DNA of 43,920 bases from Octopus bimaculoides (GCF_001194135.2 NC_068986.1:107694173-107738092), one strand, 5' to 3'. Counted from the stretch's first letter, positions 1-11,430 are shown. The notes: generated by a model from the letters alone, not told the origin. Numbers and translations: made by a program.

Positions 1-47
1 CGCACGTCCGCTCCGTGCCGACCAGTTTCTCGATGACAAGCGCCAAG
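1..47 (+). CDS. Possible 3' end of a coding exon ([16 protein letters not shown], phase-1 donor); candidate CCK/sulfakinin-type neuropeptide precursor
   Basis: GC/CpG-rich 47 bp in an AT-rich background. The frame starting at base 2 is open and ends with KR followed by Q-G at CAAG|GTAGAT. Molluscan CCK/SK precursors contain DKR-QGAW..YDYGLGGGRF-GKR. No downstream exon was found in the window. Confidence 0.3.
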
Positions 48-61
48 GTAGATAGATAGAG

Positions 62-107
<46 letters not shown>

Positions 108-128
108 GTAGGTAGGTAGGTAGGTAGG

Positions 129-191
<63 letters not shown>

Positions 192-215
192 GTAGATAGA
201 TAGATCGATAGATGG
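48..215. repeat. (GATA)n/(GGTA)n microsatellite
   Basis: Directly visible tetranucleotide arrays. Confidence 0.95.
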
Positions 216-281
216 GTTGGTATATATGTGTGTAAGGATATGTGCGTTTTTGTATTCAGCACAAAGTAACAGACTTTAAAA

Positions 282-340
282 ATACAAGTGCTCCAGCATG
301 GCTACCATTCAATGACTAAAAGAAGTAAATGGTAAAAGAA
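282..340 (+). mobile_element. SINE family A 3' tail fragment
   Basis: GTGCTCCAGCATGGC...AATGACTAAAAGAAGTAAA matches the tail of the full copies at 17350 and 23641. Confidence 0.6.
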
Positions 341-874
341 GCAGATCGATGAAAACACCTTGCGTATATGACGATTCAAATTTTTGCACAATGATGTTTC
401 GTTCTTTTTGTGACTTGTCAATACCGTGTACCCAAACGAGCCCGGATGCAAGCTGAATCACCATCTATGACTATATGCAAAATGGTGTAAGGACCATCTC
501 CTGGTATGTTCCAACGTTTGATACCACGGAAAAAATTCAAATATGAATCAGAAGCAGTTCGAAGGTATAAACAATATCGAACACACATAGACAAGGTATG
601 TGTTTTGCTAGTTTGTGGGTAGACTGCGCTTTTAGGCGTGAGAGAATATATTCTTATCAATATTCCTGGCGTTAAAACACCTGGAAGTCAGTATTAGACA
701 AAAGAGATAACTCGCATCAAGTACCATTCAGGAGCGATAGCCATCGATGTTTCGTTATTTTTGTGACTTGCCAACACCGCATATCTGAACGAGGCCCGAT
801 GCAAGCTAAATCGTTATCTGTGGTTATATGGTATGTTCTACATTGTTTATGCCGATTGACCTGCTTCTAATTCA

Positions 875-1110
875 TTTGTTTTAGGCTTACAGGTGTTTCA
901 GATATACGTTTAGGTTGTGTTCATGGTTCAATCTTATCAATCGATTGATTGATATACAGAAAATATAGGGAACGGCAACTCTAAGAGCTCCAGTAAGATA
1001 ACTATGGATAGCGATTCGCTATATTTTCAGTCGATGAATCGGTTTATTGATAAGATTGAACCATGAAAACACCCAGACGTATATCTGAAGCAGCTGTAGC
1101 CTAAAATAAA
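875..1110. mobile_element. Foldback element with ~92-bp imperfect inverted arms and a ~50-bp loop
   Basis: 875-968 is the reverse complement of 1019-1110 (TTAGGCT(T)ACAG.TG.TTCAGATATACGT...CATGGTTCAATCTTATCAAT...AAAATATAG). Confidence 0.85.
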
Positions 1111-1189
1111 TAAATGTACGTAACCCATTATTTCTGTCTATTTTATGCAGTCGTGTATGTATGTATGTATGTATGTATGTATATATGTA

Positions 1190-2455
1190 TGCATGTCATT
1201 ATTCAGTTTATTTCAAGATTTCTCACCAATAGAGAAAGAACCGGTTTCTAACCTAGATCCAAGGTTCCTTCACTGGAATTTCAACATCAACAACAGGGTA
1301 TTTTTGCTTGTAATGTATGTATGTATGTATGTATGTATGTATGTATATATGTATGTATGTATGTATGTATCTATCTATCTATCTATCTATCTATGTATGT
1401 ATGTGCAGATTTGAATATTTTATGTATGTATTCTCATGCATATTGTTGCATATCTATATATGCTCATATATTTAAATGAAACTTCTGGAAAGTTTTACAG
1501 ATTTTTACAGTTCCAGTGATGGATTGGTTCTGTAGTCTTCGAGTTAGCTTTCTCCTTTCTAGTTTTTGAAAGGTTAATTTCTCAAGATTGGTATTTAGGC
1601 AGTGTGTTACATATCCCAGGGCCATAATAATTACGGGTATAAACCTGAAATTATAATCTGGATAGAGTATCTGCAGATTTCTCAATAGTTCAATATAGGT
1701 GTTCTCTTTTTCACTGATCTTCAGCTTTATCTTAACATCCGCTGGGCAGCTAATTTCCACAACTGTACACAGTGTCTCTTCTCTATCCCAAATCATTATA
1801 TCAGGTCTGTTGTGCTTAAATTTTATTGAGGTCTTCTCTGGGACGTTCCACCAGTATTCCTTTTTATTATGAGTGGCTGTGGCTTCTGGCATATTGTGGG
1901 TTCTTATTTCTTTGTCCGCGGGATTATCCTTCCGACGATTTCATTATAGAGTGTCCTAGCTACAACATCATGTCTCATCGGTAGATAATATCATGATGAC
2001 ATTTTCGGACAACTGCTTAGGATGTTCTTATGTTTAAACCTGTTGTATTTATATATATCTTATACATTAAGCTCTGTCATGCAACTGGTCGTTAGTTTTG
2101 CCATGTGGGTGGTTCTGCATTTGGAGATCAATTTTGTCTCTGCCAGAGCTAACCAGAGTGGTAGGCTATTGTTCCCATTGAGAGCTTGCTGGTACAGATT
2201 GATAAGATATGATCGGTAGAAGTTTAGCTCCTTGTGCCAATAACCAGCAATCAAGTCTCTTCCAGGTGCTTTTCCATATTGGAGTTTATGGACCACAGTT
2301 GCAAAAGTTCCACCATCAATGTTGTATGTCTTGGATGTAATGCAGGAACAATAACCTTTTCGGAATTCTTCGAGCATCTTGGTTGGTTAAATTTCTTCTT
2401 TTCTCTCCAAATTTCTTTCCAGAAGGAGTCTATGTATTCTCATGGAGAAGCTTCT
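1190..2455 (-). mobile_element. R4/Dong-like non-LTR retrotransposon (RLE clade); 5'-truncated, internally deleted, decayed
   Basis: Minus strand reads FWKEIW (~2420), then the RT N-terminus KAPGRDLIAGYWHKEL...LPLWLALAETKLISK (2060-2377). It then jumps to the zinc-knuckle remnant HILSSCPKMSS.YYLPMRHDVVARTLY (~1930-2030) and a PD-(D/E)xK endonuclease HNRPDIMIWDREETLCTVVEISCP...KENTY (1464-1892). A 3' UTR with AATAAA lies near 1205. Both ends are flanked by (TATG)n. Confidence 0.9.
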
Positions 2456-2457
2456 CG

Positions 2458-2467
2458 TGTATGTATG

Positions 2468-2501
<34 letters not shown>

Positions 2502-2548
2502 TTTATGTATGTATGTATGTATTTATGTATGCATTATGTATGTATATA
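2458..2548. repeat. (TATG)n microsatellite (further arrays at 1148-1192 and 1314-1405)
   Basis: Directly visible. Confidence 0.95.
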
Positions 2549-2907
2549 TGGTAGGTTGGCGAGAGCAAAATATCTTCTAATATAGACAACACGGAGTAGT
2601 GCTCAGTACTTTCCATCTTGTTCTCAAGAAGAGACGTCAAACTTACTTTAACAGTTACATCGGGACTTGTCGCAGAATACACACACACATATGATATCAG
2701 GCAGATATGGTAATTACGTAATTTATGGATTTCTTGAAACAGCTGTCGAAATAAGACTTTTGTTATCATTTTTTTTTTCTGTATTCTGTAATCTATATTT
2801 GTTGTGCTTCATAAAAATATATGTCAGAAGTCTGCCCGTTTATATCTACATTAGTACTTCTACATGCATACATGTGTATATACGCATACTGACACAAACA
2901 CATATAT

Positions 2908-2964
<57 letters not shown>

Positions 2965-3760
2965 NNNNNNNNNNNNNNNNNNNNNNNNNNNNNNNNNNNN
3001 NNNNNNNNNNNNNNNNNNNNNNNNNNNNNNNNNNNNNNNNNNNNNNNNNNNNNNNNNNNNNNNNNNNNNNNNNNNNNNNNNNNNNNNNNNNNNNNNNNNN
3101 NNNNNNNNNNNNNNNNNNNNNNNNNNNNNNNNNNNNNNNNNNNNNNNNNNNNNNNNNNNNNNNNNNNNNNNNNNNNNNNNNNNNNNNNNNNNNNNNNNNN
3201 NNNNNNNNNNNNNNNNNNNNNNNNNNNNNNNNNNNNNNNNNNNNNNNNNNNNNNNNNNNNNNNNNNNNNNNNNNNNNNNNNNNNNNNNNNNNNNNNNNNN
3301 NNNNNNNNNNNNNNNNNNNNNNNNNNNNNNNNNNNNNNNNNNNNNNNNNNNNNNNNNNNNNNNNNNNNNNNNNNNNNNNNNNNNNNNNNNNNNNNNNNNN
3401 NNNNNNNNNNNNNNNNNNNNNNNNNNNNNNNNNNNNNNNNNNNNNNNNNNNNNNNNNNNNNNNNNNNNNNNNNNNNNNNNNNNNNNNNNNNNNNNNNNNN
3501 NNNNNNNNNNNNNNNNNNNNNNNNNNNNNNNNNNNNNNNNNNNNNNNNNNNNNNNNNNNNNNNNNNNNNNNNNNNNNNNNNNNNNNNNNNNNNNNNNNNN
3601 NNNNNNNNNNNNNNNNNNNNNNNNNNNNNNNNNNNNNNNNNNNNNNNNNNNNNNNNNNNNNNNNNNNNNNNNNNNNNNNNNNNNNNNNNNNNNNNNNNNN
3701 NNNNNNNNNNNNNNNNNNNNNNNNNNNNNNNNNNNNNNNNNNNNNNNNNNNNNNNNNNNN
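2965..3760. other. Assembly gap (N run)
   Basis: Ns flanked by (CA)n and (TA)n. Confidence 1.
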
Positions 3761-4231
3761 ATATATATATATATATATATATATACATAAGTGCTTAAAA
3801 GCATTTATTTGCCGTTTATAGTGTATTATAATTGAAATATTAATCGGTAATTTAAAGAAGTTTATCGGTTTTGTAACGAGGTAGAATGTGCAATTTCCAA
3901 ATGAATTGATGGCTGTAGACACAAATATACTAATAAGCAAACCAAATAAAGACGATCAGAGTGATTTTAGCTCGTGGAAATGCTTTGGAACAACATACAA
4001 TATGTTTACGAAATTTATTAGAATGCGAAAAGACATTGAATGTTAATATTGTATTAATACGTTTAAAATCTATTTATGCTGTCTTTAAAGGTGACTCGTA
4101 AGAATGGTGCATATATTATTTTATGTTACACCAATATGTGTGTGAGTCTTCAGCGAATATGTGTACGTGTGCATGTAAGTATTTGTATGTGTCAGTAGAA
4201 AATGTATGTTTGTATGTATTATGTGTATAGG

Positions 4232-4281
<50 letters not shown>

Positions 4282-4286
4282 TATAG

Positions 4287-4443
4287 ACGCAGGAGTGACT
4301 GTCGGGTAAGAAGCTTGCATCCCAACCACTTGGTTCCTGATTCCACTGCGTGGAACTTTGGGCAAGTGTCTTCTGCTATAACCTCGGGCTGACCAAAGCA
4401 TGGTGAGTGGATTTGGTAGACGGAAACTGAAAGAAGCCCGTTG
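4287..4443 (+). mobile_element. tRNA-derived SINE family A, 5' half (runs into gap)
   Basis: Matches the head of the 17350 and 23641 copies (GCAGGAGTG.CTGT..GGTAAG...CTTTGGGCAAGTGTCTTCT...GGTAGACGGAAACTGAAAGAAGCCCG). Confidence 0.9.
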
Positions 4444-4464
4444 TATATATATATATATATATAT

Positions 4465-5030
4465 NNNNNNNNNNNNNNNNNNNNNNNNNNNNNNNNNNNN
4501 NNNNNNNNNNNNNNNNNNNNNNNNNNNNNNNNNNNNNNNNNNNNNNNNNNNNNNNNNNNNNNNNNNNNNNNNNNNNNNNNNNNNNNNNNNNNNNNNNNNN
4601 NNNNNNNNNNNNNNNNNNNNNNNNNNNNNNNNNNNNNNNNNNNNNNNNNNNNNNNNNNNNNNNNNNNNNNNNNNNNNNNNNNNNNNNNNNNNNNNNNNNN
4701 NNNNNNNNNNNNNNNNNNNNNNNNNNNNNNNNNNNNNNNNNNNNNNNNNNNNNNNNNNNNNNNNNNNNNNNNNNNNNNNNNNNNNNNNNNNNNNNNNNNN
4801 NNNNNNNNNNNNNNNNNNNNNNNNNNNNNNNNNNNNNNNNNNNNNNNNNNNNNNNNNNNNNNNNNNNNNNNNNNNNNNNNNNNNNNNNNNNNNNNNNNNN
4901 NNNNNNNNNNNNNNNNNNNNNNNNNNNNNNNNNNNNNNNNNNNNNNNNNNNNNNNNNNNNNNNNNNNNNNNNNNNNNNNNNNNNNNNNNNNNNNNNNNNN
5001 NNNNNNNNNNNNNNNNNNNNNNNNNNNNNN
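4465..5030. other. Assembly gap (N run)
   Basis: Ns. Confidence 1.
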
Positions 5031-5884
5031 TATTATTTATGTCGTTTGACCAAATTTCACTCAGATTATTTAAGTATTCACCAGAAATCATATTCATGTT
5101 TTTTTTTTTTTAATTTTAACTTCGTGGTTAATATTCATTGAAATACAAGAATGGAGATTATAGAATTTATATAATCGTACATGTGAAAGAGCTACCTTTG
5201 CAGTGCGTGCTATGGAGAATACACGTTGCTTTCATAATAATCCTTTTAGTTTACATGTTTGGTAAAGCATGTTTAAGAAATAAAAATACCTCTTGGCTTG
5301 ATAGCCATTCTTTAATCAACAAAACAATAGAAACTGAGGCTACTACTGACGTGAGTATAAACAACAATGAAAACAATGACAGCGATGCAATCTTTGTTTG
5401 AAAGTTATATAATGGCTGTTGCCAATGTATCTGCAAAGTTGTTGATGATATTCAGTATTGAGTAGTATGTTTGAAAAATTGCAAGGCGAGCCTTACAGTA
5501 CTATAAAACACACTTGCTTTTGTCGCTTGTTTTCATGAGATATTTTCAGCTAGATGTTTATTATATTCCGTGTTCGTCCGTCGGAGCAACAAGGACCATC
5601 TAGTCATCTTAGGAAGAGTGATGACTTGTGTGATGACTTTGTTTAAAGTTGCGCATCGTCTACCTCATTCTTTTGTCCGTGACCATCTTCAATCCAGTGG
5701 CAAGACCAGGTCAAGACGACATGAGGTGGAGACGGAAGCAATGGATGACCAAGGTTGTTTACTTACTCCATCTTGCTTTCTGCATTTCCCAATGCGTTGC
5801 TGCATCCGCCTTCCCCTCACTGAACCATGGAAGCTTCTTACGCAAAGTTCACTGGATCCAGTTTTCACATGCATAAGTAGGTAG

Positions 5885-6044
5885 AAGCTAATATTACTAA
5901 TTAACCCGTAGCTGGGACCTTGGCAGATGTTACTGCTGGGGATCAGAGTAGCTCTAGAACCAATAGTAGCCAAGAAGTGCCACCAAAACCCTGGGACTGC
6001 CGAACGGGAGCCCCACTGCTGAATGCAATTTAAGGTCATACCCA
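5885..6044 (+). mobile_element. Unclassified retroposon family D, 3' part (second copy at 25085-25300, minus strand)
   Basis: ATTACTAATTAACC...GAACCAATAGTAGCCAAGAAGTG...GAATGCAATTTAAGGTCATACCCA aligns with the reverse complement of 25085-25300. Confidence 0.6.
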
Positions 6045-8273
6045 TATTATGAGTCTAATACAAACATTGCAATAATTTTGAGTAATGTACGGTGACGTGG
6101 ATGTGTGTAGGTAGGTCATTCTAAAGTTAAATCATACAAATATTTTACGCTGGTGTCCTTAATTATTCAGCAATCATTAAGAAATGTGAATATATAGTGT
6201 TATTAATATAAAAGGTAATGATTTAATGAGATATGCAATATGCGGCGTCAGGCGGATACGGATGTCTGTAACTTATTAGAATAACTTTAGTTTATTTGCA
6301 AAGAATTCTCTCTATGGTGGCATGTAAAGTTTAACTTCCTATTTAAGAAGGATGTTCAGTGATTATGCAGAATTTCTTTGATGAACAAAGTTTTTCATCC
6401 ATTCCTTAAAATTGTTGCTAAACCAAGATTATTTTACAGATTTGTAGGTGTTCTTTTCTTTGATATTATAACTCCATATAACTGTAAAATTTTGATATTA
6501 TTTTTGAGACATGATTGAAAGACTACTGTGGTGTAAATGGAGGAGTTTCTGCTAGGACAATGGATGAGGTTTTTTGTTGTATGTGGTAATGGCACGCTAG
6601 ATGAAGCTTACTATAACTAGCAACGAGTCGCTAGTGTTGTGCGGATTTCATAAAGTTAAACAAACAGTATCAGTTATTACAAACTGTTCTAGTCTACCAA
6701 ATCCAAATCAAATAAAAATCAAATTCTTGTCGACTTCTGATTTTTATTTGATTACAGAATTATCTGTATAATATGTAATGGCATATTTCAAAGATAACAA
6801 AAAACGATACCTTTGATTACAATATTTCTATTAAACGGTATTTTCAGTCAATCTTATGCTCAGTGTTAATAGGAGCCATTTTTTCTGTCGTCTGCTGAAT
6901 TTATTTCTATACAACTAACAATGAAACACGTTTCAAATAGTTTTCACATTATCTTTTAAATGTTTTAGGAGTTTCCTTCACACCTTGGTATACCAATTGT
7001 ACTTCAGTTTTGAAATATATAACAGTTAATGTATTACCGTTAGATGTATTGTTATAATGCGCATTTATATTTGATTGCTCTTTACTTTTTATATTTTGAT
7101 AATACTATATCACGTTGATTTCTCGATTTTATATTGGATGAAACAAAAGCGTTCGCAATATGAGAGCTGTTTTCTAAATCAGATTTAGCATTATGAATCT
7201 CAATAATACAACTCTATCTTTTATATAAGTTTACTATATCACAATATTCTATCCTAAAACAGACGACGGCCGACTTCAGAAATCATATATTTCCTGTCTC
7301 TTAACTTTCAGAGATAATGTCTGCAGTAGTCATGTCAAAGCTAAGTTAATAAAACTGGCGAATACATTTATATTGATACCATGAAATATGAAAAGGGAAT
7401 ATTATTATTTTTTTTTTTAGTCGATTATTTCAATTTCTCACCTATGTAGTAAAATAGTTCCCTATTGATTTAGATTTAAAGCAAACATGAATCTAATATC
7501 TGTGTTAAAGCAACGGCGTTCCACGCTGTCACAACTGTCGATTGCCTCATGTGTTACCAATTCCAGTTGGATAGCATGCTCAGCGTCATTAGCCATTTAA
7601 TAGGACCTGCTTTTTATATATTGACTGTGTATATATATATATTTGAATGCGAGTTTCTGCATAAGTTTGAGAGTGTGTGTGGAGAAGACGTATGCCTGCA
7701 ACTGAAATTACGTGAGTGTGTGCGTGCTTAAGTGCATGTTTGTGTGGCTATCTGAGTGTATTCGTGTGTGTTTGTGATTAATTGTTTTAAGCACATTACT
7801 AGCAAGTGATTCAATTTACAATGATACATATAGATTATTCAGCACAAGCATTTGTGACAACTCATTAGTATTCATCCTGCTGAGAAAGCGAGTTAGTGAC
7901 TGAACCCCCTACTAACAGAATCATTAGTATCTTAGTTTCAAATCGACCTCGTTTACACTGACATGTTAATGCTACATAACGACAGAAATGTAAGCAGCTG
8001 TGCAAAACTTTTACCTGCATTCAACGATTTTATCGCATTGTGCTGCCCAGCAGTCGATCGCCTTAACATAGAGTTCAAAAACAACAATACCCTGGCGATG
8101 ATCTGTCATTTTGGCAAACCGAATCTCTATAAATATTATTCCTGTTTAAGAACACACACATAAACATGCATGCTCACATATAAGCACACGCGTTCACGCA
8201 ATACCCCACACATATATGCATGTACATATGTGTAGTTATATACACCTATAAGTATACAGATACAGATAAATAA

Positions 8274-8303
<30 letters not shown>

Positions 8304-8309
<6 letters not shown>

Positions 8310-8496
8310 CTTTTCTACTCTAGAAACAAGGCCCGAAATTTCGGGGGAGGGGCCAGTCGATTAGATATTTATCGACCCCGAAAGGATGACAGGCAAAGTC
8401 GACCTCAGCGGAATTTGAACTCAGAACGTAAAGACAGCCGAAATACCACCAAGTATTTCGCCCGGCGTGCTAACGTTTCTGCCAGCTCGCCACCTT
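8304..8496 (-). mobile_element. tRNA-derived SINE family B (internal ~27-bp deletion)
   Basis: Reverse complement of GG.GGCGAGCTGGCAGAAACGTTAGCACGCCGGGCGAAAT...GAGTTCAAATTCC...GGCCTTG..TCTAGAGTAGAAAAGAATATT; matches 37191-37407. Confidence 0.9.
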
Positions 8497-8548
8497 CTAT
8501 ATAGAATATTATAACATTATATATACATAATGCATATATATATAATGC

Positions 8549-8653
<105 letters not shown>

Positions 8654-9074
8654 TGTCTGTCTGTCTGTCTGTATATGTATATATGTGTGTATATATAAGT
8701 ATACATATGTACATAAGGTTAAATCTGGGGACACGAGAATTTCTAATAAAATGTACAAATACCAGTGTTTTCTTACGATGTTGATTTTAATATCAGAGAT
8801 AATTACTGCTGTTATATTGGTGGCTACACAAGTAAAGTATGCGTCGATGACGAGAAATATCTAGCAACGTATCAGTATGGATCTAAAGATAAGATACCAA
8901 TGCATACGTATTCACAAATGCTGTTGGTTGTCAAAAACAAATATCCATCACATGGAAAAGAGAATGTTTCTGGAAATCGAGAGCCCATGCTTTGAAAGCC
9001 AAGTCAACTTCAATAAATGATTTGGAAATAAAAATATGCCAGAAGTGAACTAAAACTTCAATAAATGTCGCGTG

Positions 9075-9300
9075 AAGGTTAGGGATTATCGCATATCGCT
9101 CACAATCGCATGATCGTCGTTTCGATTCCTGGACTGGGTGGTGTGTTATGCTCATGAACAAAACGCTTCGTTTCACGTTGCTCCAGTGCGCTCAGCTGTA
9201 AATGAGTAACCCTACGATCGGCTGGCTTCCTGTTGAAGGAGGGTCTCGTGATCAGAGTCACTTATGTACCAGCGAAACTGGGTAACCAGCTCTATAACTA
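9075..9300 (+). mobile_element. Decayed tRNA-type SINE with a V-domain-like core (related fragment at 35215-35310, minus strand)
   Basis: B-box-like GTTTCGATTCC followed by TTCACGTTGCTCCAGT..CTCAGCTGTAAATGAGTAACCCT.CGA...CTGGC..CC.GT, which resembles V-SINE-type central domains. The assignment is by recognition only. Confidence 0.45.
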
Positions 9301-9607
9301 TTAGGATTCGAGATTGACATATCTAGGGGTTCATAATGATGATGATGAATATATATAGGATCTTTTTTAAAACGGGGGCCACATTTTTCATTAACGAAAC
9401 ACTTTGAAACTTGGAACACTGGTAGAATGTGTCATATAAAACATCTTTTTCTCTTAGTCTTCTTTAAAAAAAAAGAAATCCATAAGTTATTCCATGTTAA
9501 AGTTGTCGTATTTCTGTAATTTCAACCAATCACTGACGTCCATTCAGCCGATATACATTAAGTGCCGACTACATAAACAAACGATTCTGAAACAATTCTA
9601 TCGGTGA

Positions 9608-9631
9608 TAGGGTTAGGGTTAGGGTTAGGGT
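9608..9631 (+). repeat. Interstitial telomere-type (TTAGGG)x4
   Basis: TAGGGTTAGGGTTAGGGTTAGGGT. Confidence 0.9.
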
Positions 9632-9751
9632 AAAACAGCAAATTTAAAAAGAAAAAAGTAAATAAAACGAAGAAAAAAAAAGAAAATGAAAAAAGCAAAT
9701 TTAAAATGAAAAAAGCAAATAAAACGAAGCTATGGTTTAATCAGCCAAAGG

Positions 9752-10075
9752 NNNNNNNNNNNNNNNNNNNNNNNNNNNNNNNNNNNNNNNNNNNNNNNNN
9801 NNNNNNNNNNNNNNNNNNNNNNNNNNNNNNNNNNNNNNNNNNNNNNNNNNNNNNNNNNNNNNNNNNNNNNNNNNNNNNNNNNNNNNNNNNNNNNNNNNNN
9901 NNNNNNNNNNNNNNNNNNNNNNNNNNNNNNNNNNNNNNNNNNNNNNNNNNNNNNNNNNNNNNNNNNNNNNNNNNNNNNNNNNNNNNNNNNNNNNNNNNNN
10001 NNNNNNNNNNNNNNNNNNNNNNNNNNNNNNNNNNNNNNNNNNNNNNNNNNNNNNNNNNNNNNNNNNNNNNNNNNN
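9752..10075. other. Assembly gap (N run)
   Basis: Ns. Confidence 1.
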
Positions 10076-10094
10076 ATATATATATATATATATA

Positions 10095-10939
10095 GGAGGT
10101 CTGTCTGAAAAGTAACGGGGTTGGGTGTGTTGTGTTATCTATGGGTGAAAGAGATAAGCGGATTGTGTTATCATCTAACATGATATTTTGGGAGTATATA
10201 ACTGTAATCTTAGCTTTCTGCAACCTCTTTTTCAGGTCCTTCAGCTATGAGCCCTGAAGAACGAACAATGAATACCGAGCAACCAATAAACCTAAAATTT
10301 TTGGTCCGGTTGGGAAAAACTCTGTCACAAGCACTTGTTGTGCACAAACACCATGTTGCGCACAAACACCATGTCACGCACAAATGTTTTTGAGTGGCAC
10401 AAGAGGTTCAAAGAGGGCCATGAGGAGGTGGAAGATGACTCAAGGAGCAAGGGAGGGGGGGGGTCTTCAAAAGGCAGGACTGAACACAACGTTAAGCAGT
10501 CAACGAGCAAGTCTACAAATAGATTCTGCGGTGTTTGCTTCGCTCACTGCGCGAGAAGGGATTAGAGTTGTGTCAGGACAAATCGTGGCTGCTTCACCAC
10601 GACAATGCACCTGCTCACAAAATCCTAAGCATCCGGCAGTTCCTGGCAGAGAAGAACATCACCGTACTGAAACAACCTATTTATTCATATGATCTTGCTC
10701 CGCGTGGGTTTTCCTTTCTCCAAAGCTCGAAGGGATCGGCAAGGGAACCCGTTTTGAAGGAATGGAAATCATCAAGAGGGCCGTAACGACGGAGCTGAGG
10801 AGCATTCCAGATGAATCCTTCCAGCAGTGCGTAGAAGCATGCAGAGAAGAAAGAAAAAGGGGAAACCATGAAGAACGCTGTTTGAAATTGAAGTAAATTG
10901 TTTGTGACAATAATCCCTTAACTTTTCACACAAACCTCG
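10095..10939 (+). mobile_element. Mariner (DD34D) transposon; internally deleted and frameshifted
   Basis: TA target sites at both ends. TIRs are GGAGGTCTGTCTGAAAAGT and ACTTTTCACACAAACCTCG. Transposase remnants: EQPINLKFLVRLGKT, SRTNVFEWHKRFKEGHEEVEDDSRS, WLLHHDNAPAH, YSYDLAP, KGTRFE..EIIKRAVTTELRSIPDESFQQC. The central WVPH/first-Asp region is absent. Confidence 0.95.
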
Positions 10940-10967
10940 TATATATATTCTTTTATAGTCTTATATT

Positions 10968-11093
10968 CTCACAAAGCCTTTGGTTGACCCGACGCTATAG
11001 TAGGAGACACTTGGCCAAGGTGCTACACAGTAGCACTGAACCCGGGGTCATGTGGTAAGAAAGCAAGCTTCTTATCACACAGCCGTGCCTGCG
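10968..11093 (-). mobile_element. SINE family A, 5' fragment
   Basis: Reverse complement of the family A head. Confidence 0.85.
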
Positions 11094-11430
11094 AAATATA
11101 TGTATGTACATAGATAGATAGGTAGATATGTAGACACAGACAGACAGACAGACAAAATTTTATTTTAATTTTTGATAAATTGAATTTAATTGAGTTTTTA
11201 CCTGTAAATTTGGATTTTTATCCCTAATGTTATTAGTATTATATACACACCACCTGTCTTCGTCTGTTGTCTTTTTTCGTAAATACTCCCATATATATAT
11301 ATATATATATAATTTAGAGAAAAAATTATATATTTATATCTTATATATTGTGAAATTTAATTTAATTTTAATAAATTAAATTAAATTGAATTTTTCCCTG
11401 TAAATTTGGATTTTCATCCCTAATATTATA

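Noticed and set aside
2667-5113. Long ORFs (200-390 aa) in the ORF track here and at 9706-10223, 11368-12228 and 29131-30381
   Set aside because: They are artefacts of N runs and flanking dinucleotide repeats.
5560-5880. GC-richer block with short ORFs, possibly an RTE-type 5' region
   Set aside because: I could not support it with a protein motif or a second copy in the window, so it is left unannotated.
8765-8995. 76-aa ORF MFSYDVDFNIRDNYCC...
   Set aside because: No recognisable domain or splice context, and the length is expected by chance.
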